A stretch of DNA of 64,000 bases from Trichoplax adhaerens. Lineage: Eukaryota > Animalia > Placozoa. The stretch covers positions 1,238,280 through 1,302,279 of the forward strand of contig NW_002060956.1 in assembly GCF_000150275.1 (NCBI RefSeq). Direction: 5' to 3'. The notes under the pieces were generated by a model that saw nothing but the letters and a program-made list of their open reading frames with translations, searched no databases and was not told the origin of the DNA. A program made the position numbers and the translations under genes. Positions 42,871-55,400 of this stretch are shown piece after piece; the first letter of the stretch is position 1, and the number at the start of each line of letters is the position of its first letter.

Positions 42871-44933
42871 CCTTAATCACTACATATTATTCTTACTTTA
42901 GCTCACTGTAGAATAGAAATACTTTATACAACCATTGAATCTGAATATTGCAGTAATTTACTCTTTTCTTAACTCTTTAATTCGTTCTATTCCTTCAAAT
43001 GTTTTCTTCCTGTACGATATTCATAAAATAATTTACTTTAAAGTGATCATTTTCATATTAGTTCTTAGAATCATTGTTAACTACAGCTATTAGCGATGAA
43101 TCGATGAAACTCAATCCTGGTTTCTTCCCTTTGACCTATAATTCTCTTCATAGAAATAGATGGAAAGCGTAGATACCAGTGTTATGGATATTGTTCTGCT
43201 CTATTATCCATTCAAGGGAATTTAGTATAGCCACTAATTACTGTCATGAATAATTCATTTTTCTATCCATTGAAAAATAAAATAGAAGATTTAATCTGAG
43301 GTCATGTAGAGGGAGGGAGAGAAACAAATAAGAATAAAATCATTAAAACAGTACAGTTCTACTTCCATGCACCATTCTTGGACAATCAAGACTTAGACAG
43401 CGATCAAACCTAGTCGCTAATTTTTTCTGATTAAGGGATTGACTTTCGTCGTTATTAAACTGGATTAAGGGGAATCCAGTAACACACATTGAATATCAAT
43501 TTGTTACTATATACCATAGACAGATTAATATCTCCTTAAATCGATAGAGTGATTGATTCATCTTAATCTCGCAGTACAGTCGATTTCAATGGCATAAAGT
43601 AGAACAAAACTAAAATAAGAATCCAGTCTTTCAAGCAATACAGCTCTTCTTGAGTTTACAACCATTGAATAATCAAGGCATAGGCTAATATCCGTACTAG
43701 CTGGCTAGTTTACAGACGAATCAACTCAATTTAATCCTTATTAAACTGACGGAAGGAAAATAAATTAATCCAATAACACGATTTGAATCCCATCTTGTAA
43801 AACTATACCAAATGTATTGTAAAATCATCTTAATACTATGGACAAACTGATCATTTAGGCCTATTAGTAAAGTTAATTGAAGACCATTGAGTAAAATAAT
43901 AGCAAATAAGAATAAAAAATACAGATCTAATTGCATATATAATCTTTGAATAATGGAGACCTATGCCCATGTTATTCCTAGTCGAAGGTTTGAACTAATT
44001 AATAGATTCACTTATGTTATGTAATAAATAGGATGAAGGAAAGCTAATCAGTTCAATAACACTCGTTAAATTCCACATTGCAGCAATTATCGATGATAGA
44101 CATATTGAAATTACCTTGAATCCATAGTTGGTCTAATTATTTATTCATATAAACCTGCTAGTAAAGTTAATTCATCTCTATTCTAATAAGAGAACAAAAT
44201 CCACAACGATCAAATCGTGCATAGAGGATAACTCTATCTTGCATCGACTATTTTGAAATAATCAAGAGATCGACTAATTCTAGTCGCAAGTTTTCCCAAC
44301 TGATCGACCGGAATAAACACTAGTTGAATACCATGTTGTAACAATATACCTTAGCCATATTAAAATTACCTTAAATCCATTAACAAGCTAATCATTTATT
44401 CATAGTAACAATCTAGGCAAACTGTCAATAGGCTTTGCATTGTCAATTTATTCATTATATTTACATCATTTTTAGACATCAATCATGCATTAGGTCTAAT
44501 CAGTCTAGTGCTCGCTAATGAAATGCCTGTTATATTGAATCGATTGCACCTATTGATAATTTAATTTGGTTTGTCAATGCAATAGAATAGAATAAAAGTC
44601 ACACAGTGCATAAATTATAAGCTAAAGGATGATGAACAAAGACGATATCCTCTAGACATTAACGACACCCACCTGATTTCTTCCATTGGCTGCGTATTAC
44701 ATAAAGGAAAAGAAAAGGGAGAAATAGGATAAGGATTAATTCTCTCCTTAATTTTAATACAAATCCCATGGTTATCAATCCTCCGTTGGCCTAAACAATC
44801 TTGTCCATCGCTATTAATCATTCTTACCGTAAATAGGTTGGGTCCATTTTTTTTTAAAGGGGAATTTATTACTTAGTCTAAGAAAATTATTCTCCTTCCT
44901 GAACGCTATTAGCTTGAAAGAAATACTAACGAA

Positions 44934-44950
44934 AGAAGAAGAAGAAGAAG
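44934..44950 (+). repeat. (GAA)n microsatellite upstream of the SLR paralog 3 start codon
   Basis: aagaagaagaagaagaag. Confidence 0.7.
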
Positions 44951-45067
44951 TTATAGAAACTAGAGAAGAAGGAGCCGTAGAAGCTAAAGAAGATAAAAAG
45001 AAGAAACGTAAAAACCTTTTCTACATTTGTCTCAAGTTTAACATCTCCACTTAATACAATCATCACT

Positions 45068-48000
45068 ATGGGAAATTCATTAACAGCAAAGCATGTCATC
45101 GAGAAATATTCTCTCAATAATATCATGGAGCACTTATATAATAAAACATTCAAATATCATCAGTTACAAGCCAATACAACGGATGATCCAAATTCACACT
45201 TTCAACTGGGATACATCTACCATCGTGGCTTAGGATCAATTCCACAAAATCTTGAAAAAGCTTTCTACCATTACCAAATTGCAGCCCATTATAATCATCC
45301 TACGGCTCAATATATCTTAGCTGAATTTTGTAAAATTCGTGATGGTGAAGAAGAAGATGAAGAAAGTGAACGAAGTGGAGTCTTAGCTACTGATAGTATC
45401 GAACTAATTCGATTAAAAGCTTCTATGTACATTAAATCGGCTGCTCGTGGTGAATTATATTCCAATGCGGCACGCGAATTATGGCAACTGTATAATAATT
45501 CAACCATGTGGTATAATATTGTCAACGAAATACGCAATACTTACATGGATATTATATGCGATAGCACTTACCATGTCAAAAGTGATGAAGTACAACGGCG
45601 TTCACTGGCTGAAATTTATAACCAATTAGGTTATTTAGCCGCCCATTTTAAATTAGATCGCATGGAAGATGATTATCAACATGCTCTACAATATTATAAG
45701 ACAGCAGGTCGATTAGGCAGTGCATCCAGTTATTATAACATTGCTTGTATGTATCATGATGGCCATGGTGTAGTGGCGAATAAATCCACTGCTTTACACT
45801 ATTATAAAAAAGCCAGTAAAAATGGTCATGCACTTTCGCAATTTATTGTCGCTGAATTATTACTCAGTACTATTGAAGCTGGTCAAGAAATGGAATCAGC
45901 TAGAGCTTGCTATTATTATTTACAATCGTCAAGGTATAGCTTTGCATCCACATTACTCAATTTAGGCTATATCTTCCTACATGGGATTGCTGGTATGAAA
46001 CAAAGTTATACAGTTGCTTTGCAATATTTTGAAGAAGCAGCTGTTGCTGTTGATTTCTGCAATCGTAAAAGTAATCATTGGGCATTGCATGAAATTGCTT
46101 ATATGCACGAGCATGGATTAGGTACTGAGACGAATTATAAACTTGCTGCTGCTTATTACGCTGAAGCAGCTCAATATAAGTACCATGAATCGGTCAATAA
46201 ATTAGCTAAATTATTGGAGAAGAAAAAATTACCTGATGCAACGTTAGAAATGGCCATCCAGCTCTACCAAGCCACTTCAACGGAAGGTGAACATGCTGCA
46301 GCTTATGCTCATTATCGTTTAGGTAAAATTTACTGGAATAACTTGGTTAATGATTCACCGTTGAAAAATCGTGTTACAGCAAATAAATATTTTACTGCTG
46401 CTCTGCAATATTATAACGATGCTATTGTTAAAGCCCCTCTACCTGGCCATCTCTATCATTTGGCCATAATGTACGAAAATGGCTTAGGAGTTAAAAAAGA
46501 TTTACAAATTGCAATACGATATTACAACAGAGCTGTCGATGAATCGGTCAAAACTTTCAATATATTCGACAAGCATTATGGCCATAAAGCTGAAGTAAAG
46601 CTACAAAAAGTCGATCAAAGTACACTTGACCAACGCCATCCTCGAATGGGCGATTTAAATACTCAATTACCCATCGTATCTCCAAACAAAGATGAAGGAA
46701 ATCGATTTAACGGACTATCGCCTTCTTCCTCTCTCCATAGCGAATCGGTTGACAATCAAATCGGTAAAAAAATTAAGATATTCAGTTTCCAAATAACTGC
46801 ATCACTGTCTATTCGATTCTCTTTCTATACATTTACTGTAATCTTTGAAATCATACACGTATGCTTAGCATAGATCTAACGTTCACCAGATTACTTATTA
46901 ACCCTGGATTAAAGAATTTATGATAGATCCTTAGATCCACAAGGTTAACTTACAGTATGAGTAATATGCTAAACAGTCGGTTTGATCTCAGATTCTTTTC
47001 GTAAACTTTATATTAAATAACGGTAGCTAATGCGTATAAATACTTGATCATTACTTTAATTACCATTTCAACTTTTACTAGTAAAATTCCTGTGTATAGA
47101 TTTTTTCGCTAAATTATCTATTGGGTATCTATTACAGAGTAGATCCTCATAACGACATGGATAACTAAAAGTACAATTAAAATATTGAACCTTCAATTAG
47201 AGCTCTTATTCTTTGATATCAAAGTGCGATACGGTAGTTAACACTTACACGTACATGCACATATAGACTACATGAACTACTGCTTGCAATCTTATAAATA
47301 TAGTTACCGTATGAGTTTAGTTCGCGAATTACTCATTCGCTCCTATTACAAGAGGTAGATTCTCGATATGGTAAGGATTGATACAATTAGATCGTCGCAT
47401 TCATCCTACTATACAATTGATCAACTTTCTTTCGGCAATTTTATATCTGAATATAAAGTTAACAGCACATCTCAAAGCTTATTTGCAAAAAAATGTAGTG
47501 TTGTGATATTGAGGAATGTTAACTTAGCGAAATAGCATTGATTTTAACTGATCAGATCTGCTCTACGTTTACGTTATTGCCATCTAAACTTCTCTTTTAT
47601 AAATACCTGCCAATTTAGGATAGATTATTCCTTTATAATTTATTATAGAATAATAAAATTATTCTACTGAGCAATTTCATTTACGCTATATTAATGTAGA
47701 TATGTTGCAGCACCACAAACAACTGCCGGAATTAAACTATAATTCAGATTCTGATGAAGACCTTTTAGGCGACGTTGATTCTGATAATGAATTAAAAGAT
47801 ATCCTAGAAAGCGAAGAATCGAAACTGGAAAAGCGATTATCACTTGTCCGTAAGACATTCCAGTTAATGAAATTTAAAGATTTGAGTCAAAATCATAATG
47901 GTCTTGATGAATTAGCTACAAAAGATGCCGAGATGCCAGCATTAGAAATTTCAAGTATGTTATTTAGACAATCATATTGAAGGCCTGAATCATTTTATTA

Positions 48001-48356
48001 TAAAAGATAGCAAATATCTCCACAAATATTTACCATAGAAAATAATACATATCGCCACACTCATTTACCTTAACACTGCGATATGTCATTTCTTTATTTA
48101 AATAATGAACTTACCTTAAATAGATCGTAAATTTTACAACAATTTCTTCGTTATATACCCATTCCTAAAATTTACTTTTAATTTAATAGCTCCACAAGGA
48201 AAAGATAAGATTTCCTACAAAGATATCCAAATTCATCACGCGGTGAAGAAAATTATTCAATTAGAAAGTAGACTTGATAAATTAACTCAACAGTTTAACA
48301 CCATGCAAGAGCTACTAACAGTAAATAAAGATAATAATAGTAATACTACTTTCTAA
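45068..48356 (+). CDS. Sel1-like repeat protein, paralog 3 (SLR array + coiled coil)
   Basis: Exons 45068-46763, 47700-47954, 48190-48356 (ends NNSNTTF*), phase-1 junctions. SLR motifs: HFQLGYIYHRGLGSIPQNLEKAFYHYQIAA, YYNIACMYHDGHGVVANKSTALHYYKKAS, YHLAIMYENGLGVKKDLQIAIRYYNRA. Confidence 0.85.
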
Positions 48357-49448
48357 ACTCGGCGGTAGTTTGAAAATGATATCATACTTGGCTTGATAAA
48401 TTATACATCAACTATAGAGTGTTACTTTACTATACCACTCTATCACTTAGTAATTGTTAGCTTTTTAACCATTCTACAATAATACTCGGATCAAAATTCA
48501 TGATCCATGTAGCTGGAGTGTTCTTTTGCGATAATGTTTGGTAATAATGCTTATCTCAAGTCAATATTTTAGATCAAGCTCAAATGGTTTATTTAATATA
48601 TGTACAGTACTTATTTAAACATCAGGTTAAAAAGGAGTGGTATCACAGTATAGAACTATCACCTTTATTTATAATAGTATACTCTTAATTCATGACAATA
48701 ATAACTGGTTAAAATAATACTCTATGTACGATTCCTTAACGATGGAAATCGGTAATCTGCAAAATAACTACAATTTCACAAAATATCAGATATTTATATT
48801 TTATCATCGTAACTGTAAGCAATCAAGGGCTAAATTATTATTACAAAATTATAATATCCTGTTAATACTCAAATAATATAAAATTCTAATATACATGAGC
48901 ACCATACAGAGTGCTTTTTGTTGCATTTTATACTCATTGGCCTTACGATCGCCATTTATCCTAAAGCAGAATAATATTAACTTAAACTTTTTATGTAATA
49001 TTGGTATTTTATGAACAGCTATAGAGCAATAAAGTTAATCTTGTTAATGCATACATCAAATAGAACTGATGTGCAAAGATCTTATAAGCTATACGTTATT
49101 TTTTTTAAAACTATTTGTTCGCAATTGTAGACGGCATGTCAAGTTATACTAAATTGATACACATTATACTAATCGTAATAATGCATTAAAATAAATTCAT
49201 TGAGTACTGCAGAAAATTGCACTACAGCTATAGTATTCCGTTGAATTGCAGAATGTACAAATCGAATTGACATCATATTAATTAATTTATAATCTAACTA
49301 ATGAAGATAAACATCAATATAATCATTTTACGAGCAGTCAGCAAGAAATAGACGTCTCACACTCATGTAAATTAAGTATAAAAAGTATTTGCAATAGAGA
49401 GGTTCTGGTGTTACTGTAAGAAGTTTATTAATACATTTATTATGACTC

Positions 49449-52400
49449 TTAGCCTAAATTAATCTCTACATCTGGTACTGAAACTTGATCCAAAGATACT
49501 AATTTCTTTAATTCCTCTAAGCTGGACACAAATTTGATCTTCCTGCCAAATTTAGGGCTAAACAAATAAACAGGAGAACATCAATCCGTCATTTCAATAA
49601 TATCAAATATAGAATAATGTGCATAAAAATTGTGCGATCACTGGCGATGATTTCTTGAAACTATTAGCTCAGAAAGTAATGCAGATCTACGGATAACATT
49701 GTTAAGAAATACTAACCTAATAAAGAGCTTTGTAAGCCTAACGACTGTTTTCAGTTTAAACGATGGGCGAAGTATATATAAGCCTTGTAAATTCTTTCGC
49801 AATCTAACATTACAATAGTGGAATATCATGTGTTGTCGCATTTTATAGTCCAGAATCGATGTTGAAGTACAATGACACGATCTATGTCCATAAACAAGTA
49901 CGATCTAACTGTTAAAAGCATATTTTGACTAACCTTCTGTCTATAGTTTTGTAACACTTTTTAAGCCACTTAAAGCTAGGGAATGAATCTTTAGACATTC
50001 CTCCATTGAAAAATATTATTCGATATTGTTGTACAACCAGGGTTTCCACTGTACTCATGACATATCTAAAATTACGAGAAATCCGAAATGCGATGTAAAT
50101 AAAATCAATAGAAAATTAACTTCAAAGCTAAACGTAAAGTATATACGCGTACGTAACCACATACAAAAATAAATGGTCCAGGATATAGCTGTAATTAGGT
50201 TCTGATTTCTTAGGCATGTAACAACCCGAAAATACAATTAGAGCGCTACCGTCGTGCGTATAGCCTGAAATTTGATAAGTAAGCAATTAATAAAACTATC
50301 CTCATTTAGGAATTTATAAGACTGCATCACTATGTTATTACCAAATAATATCGTTTTTTCGTGATGCAACTAACCTCCGTGGCTGACCACCTTTCTGTAG
50401 GCTTCCACGATTCTAAGATCAAGTTCCTTTGATTCTCCTCCAATATTAACTAAGCGCCATGTACGAGTATCTGATAGTTCTTCCTCTGCTGTATATTCTT
50501 CAATAGCATCTGGGTCAATATTGCTACCATACATTTTACACGAAACAATAACACATTAGCCGTCGAAATGTCGTTAGCAAATCTACAATAAAGGTATTTA
50601 CACACACAAAAAAGAGGTAAAATAAATTATAATCCTGATAAATAAGATACAGTAGCGGATATACCTAATAGATCGTGGCACTTTTAGTTTCCTTGGCTGC
50701 GACTTCGATTTAGGCAGAGTATCATCTTCAGTTGCTCCACTTGTGCTTTCCTGTTTGGTATTTTCCGGTATGCTTTCGGTTGAGGGTGGTATACTAGCAG
50801 TGCTATCATCGGCAGTTGCTGCTGGCGAAGTTAAAGATGTAGAAAGCGTCGCTGGGACTTTCAATACTGATTTACGTTTACCTTCTCTATTAAATGAAGA
50901 TGGCCGAGCTACAGGAGATTGATTATTTTGACTGTTGCCAGCAACTGCCTCTGTGTTATCTTGCTCTTTAGTATCGGTTAGTTCACTTTCGATATTTTCA
51001 CTACCTGTAACTTCAACTTCCCCCGATGATAAATTAGTATCTTTGGAATCAAGCGTGCTTATTTTATTATCCACAGGCTTATAGGCGTATTTATCGTTTT
51101 CCGTAGCGGTATTGCTATTACCAGAGTTTATCTGAATTAATCTAGAATCGCTAAGCGCATCAGTTATAGCACAAGCTGTTATTCTGCAAGCAACAGGCTC
51201 AGCAGTTGTAGTCATATTGTCAACTTTTTCAGTATCATGGTCCAGGTTGCATTGTTTATCTAATGGAGCATCATCTTTAATTCTATTATCTTGACTATCA
51301 GTTAAAATTTCTCTTTGTTTTAAACTATCAGATTCGTGTTCTACTTTACCAGCTATTTCTATGTTACTACTATTATCTAACTCAATAGTATTTACGTCTT
51401 CTACTATACTCTGACTAGTGTGATCGCATTCTGGCTCACTCTGATTAGAAACTGATGTCGCATCTATAGTACTATCATTTGTAGACGATTGTGGAATATT
51501 TGTAGGACTAGACGCTGCGATAATAATTGTAGAATTAATCTCATTGTCAACATTTTCAGTTACGGATTCCTCATGATTCGATTCAACTTCAATACCATCT
51601 TGATTTGCAACTAATGTAGCATCTAATAAGGAATCATTCAAACATGATTCTACAGCGATTTCAGAATTAGATGCTGCAATGATCGTTGCATTTACATCAT
51701 GATTAACGCTTGGGTTTTCAGGTTCTTCTTGGGGTGTATCAAGCGTTTTTTCGACGATATTATTCATAAAAGCTGTAGATTGATCTTTACTATCTTGAAT
51801 GCATGTTTCGTAATTGGATACTGATAAATTCGTAGTTTGTAATCCTTCATCTTTATCCATTATGCTACTATCAGCCATAACGACAGTGGATTGGAGCATG
51901 CTTTGATTTCCAGTAAAAGAGTTCTGATCGTAAGATTTGCTATTTGATTGCTCATCATTAATATATGAAGTTTCATTATCCGCGACCGAATCTCCAATAG
52001 CTGTGCAAAACTGTACATTAGATTCATCCTCCGCGAGACTAGATACAGTTGTTCGATCTGCAATATTTTGGCCTTGATTTGTCTTGTCTAAATTAAACAT
52101 TCCCTCTCGTCTCGGAGATTCCTCAGGAATAGGTGAAAGTTCAGGTAAATAAATGGCATCAGTCTGCGGTATATCTTCAGGAGCAGATACGTCAATAGCC
52201 TTTGGTTTATATATGTTTGCTATGCTATTATCTGCGTTATGTGAGGATGATTCGCAAACGTCGTTAGAAGTTTCAGGAAAGGAAACGGTAGTTGTGACAT
52301 TGTATGAAGGTGATTCTTCATCAATAGGAGATAAAGGAGTTGACTGACTATTTTCCGACGTGTCCACTACTTTTAACTCATGAGAAGCAACATTCTTCGT

Positions 52401-55400
52401 GTCAGTTTCCCCTAATGACCTGTAAGATAATATTTTTTTGTTCAATGTATTTTCTTGTTGATAATTTAAGTTTTCCAGTGGTTCATTCACATCATATGAT
52501 GCAGTCACTTCACTGTCGCTATTATCAGAGATCTCTAAGGTACCCTCGGCTTGATTTTCATCGATAATAGTTGCCGAAGTCGGCGAACTTTCTGATTCCA
52601 AGTTTAGTTTAGAAACTTTTAACAATTTTACAGATTCTTCTGTAGTCGTTTCCAATTCGGGCGACGCAAGGTCTACGCATTCGTTGTTCACCTGATTCAC
52701 AGTGTAGCTACCAGAATTTTGTGATTCATCATCATTATTATTAACAATAATATCTTCGTTATCTACTTCCTCTATGCTATCATGTGGATCAGGTGCAATT
52801 TTATCGGTGCTGTCAGCATTACTGGCAACACTAAAAGCATCACTATTAGAATTAGCAGTTGAAACATTTATAGGCTCAGCGTGCGGCGTGATATCAGCAA
52901 TAAGTGCAGCTAAAGCAGAATTAAAAAGAGTAGTGCTACATTACAAACTATGAGTAACTTATACGCGATAGACAATTGCCCGATATGCGAATGTGCGACC
53001 ATCCATACTAAAAAAATAAATTAAAAATTTACCATCACTTGTACAGATTTCACTATTCATGTTTTCCGTCTTGGTTTCATTCTCTAGCGATTTCAAGCTA
53101 TAGTATACATTAGCGAGAGTAATAACATCACGATTAGAGATTGAAAATGATATCTAAGTCATATATATATATATATAGTTATCAAATGTAAAATAAGTGA
53201 TTCCATGTAACCTTACGGCATTTAACAAACATATAAATTAGCTACCTTTCGCTAACTAACATTACTAAATAAATTACAATCGTCAAAGAATAAAAGTGTA
53301 TTTTATAATTTGTCATAATTAGACAACAATGATTATTTAAATACTAACCCTGTATTTAAAAATTCCTTCACTAAGGGCATAATGACTTTTCGCGAATCTT
53401 TAACGTTAAGCTGTTTGAATATTTGCATACACGGATGAGGACAATCAACTGCTTCAATTTTCAAAGTTGGAGCACGAGATAGGAAAAGGCCAATTTTTGT
53501 CCCATTATCATTACATGCTTTCTCATAGACCAGTAATTGACGTTTAGCAATGTCAGATTCGAAGTAGAAGGACATAATGACAAAGCCAGCTAAATTCTTT
53601 TCATCGCCGAATGCCGACACATCGTTAACGAACTGATTACGTTCAATAAATTCTTCCATTGGGATAGTAACGGAACTGATACCCACAGATTGGTCCAAGG
53701 CAGCTATGGATTTATAATCTTTCCTTAATAAATCATACGTACTAAGATGGCTAACGTTAAATTTAGCTTCCTTCATCTTGTCATATAGTTCCAATCTACT
53801 AAAGGGTAATTCATCAAAGTCGACATAGGTTTCTAATTTATTGGCAATTTCTATATCTTTCTCAGTAGTCCGAGCAAAATTCACATCTAGATTTGCGGTA
53901 TCGACAATTATCGCCGATAATAGGAGTAAACCAACCTAAAAAGTAAAATTTCGTACATGTTTAACTCGAAATGAAGTATTAAACGACGAAGATATTATTT
54001 AACATTTTCGTAGCATTTGCGTTAATTTTAATTTCGTAAGTTGTTATACTTCTGTTACCTCATTATCAATTAGAGAACAATCACCATCCATCAGCTGTTC
54101 AGCAATAAGCGTTGCGCAAGAACCCACCGGTTCAAGAATAATATCACATTCTGGAAATTGATCTTCATCCAAGTGATGGTCAACTATATCTGTAATACAA
54201 TCTGCTAATTGTTCATGTTTATTGGATAAGCGATTGTGATCGACAATTGTTAAGCTAAGTTTATTAGCGTCATAAAGGGCTTGGAGATCGATTTCATCAG
54301 CAAATGTTAACAGATTCTCTTTCAATTTAATTGACTTGAATAGATATGAGATCTCCGCTCGTAATTGAAAATCTTTCCTAGGGATGTCAATAACTGGTAT
54401 GACCCGCACGTTACTTTCTGTTAAGCTCCTCTATAATGGTAATATACAAAAATGTAGACATTTTTTTAAATTTGTGACTAACTTTTAATTTGCTGGGATA
54501 AAAATTTCTTCTTATGCCATATGCATGTGATACCATGTGGTTGCTAACTGCAACAGCTCAAATATATGACACCATTATACCGTAGTAACGATTACATAAT
54601 TATGTCAAGAAAAATCTGGATTATGGGAAATTCCGAATTTATGAAAATTAGCATCATCCGTACTAGATTTTTTTTTACATTTTGCAAAATTACCAACCCT
54701 ATATCTAACTTTAGATCACTTGCTATGCTCATATCTGGTAATATTAATAGCCCATTCAAGTAGTCTACCGACTCAAACCATAATTATTTAAGATTCATGC
54801 TGCACTATAGTAACATTCATCGTAACTGATACCAACAAACATTATACATCTATTGATGATAAATGTATACGACATTCAAGGGTTACCGGATATTATACTT
54901 TATGAAAATTCTAGCAATGTATCAATTACTACGTTTCTTTATCAAAGTTACCAGTCTCTAATATTCTGATAACCGACCAGTAATATATTAAACTAAATTT
55001 TCCCGATAAATTTATACGAATTTAGTGCTCTTAATCCTCTTATACTGTCTAAGTACATACTATAGTACAAATGATTAATTATCAATTCATCCTGCTACTT
55101 CAATATCATTACATAAACGATTGTAGTAGTTCATTCTGTAACGAATATATGAAGATACCCATGATTACATCTATTACGGTACATTATACTTCATATTATT
55201 TAGTAGAACATATAGTAGCTATTGCATCCTAACTACAATAATTATCGCAAGAATATAATCGTACGCAAATGTAGTATAATGTACGCAAGTTGCTATTACT
55301 GTAGTCGATTAAATGTGATAGCTTATCCAGCCACAAGAAACATAATTGGATATCAGTAAGAATCTTCATCTCACATTTATAAATGAAATATCTCTGATAT

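Noticed and set aside
25232-46873. SLR ORFs as bacterial contamination or endosymbiont DNA
   Set aside because: They have spliceosomal introns with phase-compatible 3' exons, are separated by ~4-6 kb spacers, and are flanked by intron-rich animal genes.
4396-48356. Functional linkage of the pseudokinase with the SLR cluster
   Set aside because: Only adjacency (11 kb apart) supports it, and gene neighbourhood is weak evidence in animal genomes.
50524-50582. Alternative acceptor at 50583 for the first BCH exon
   Set aside because: It puts the BCH sequence out of frame; the acceptor at 50524 restores the frame and has a ctaat branch-like motif upstream.
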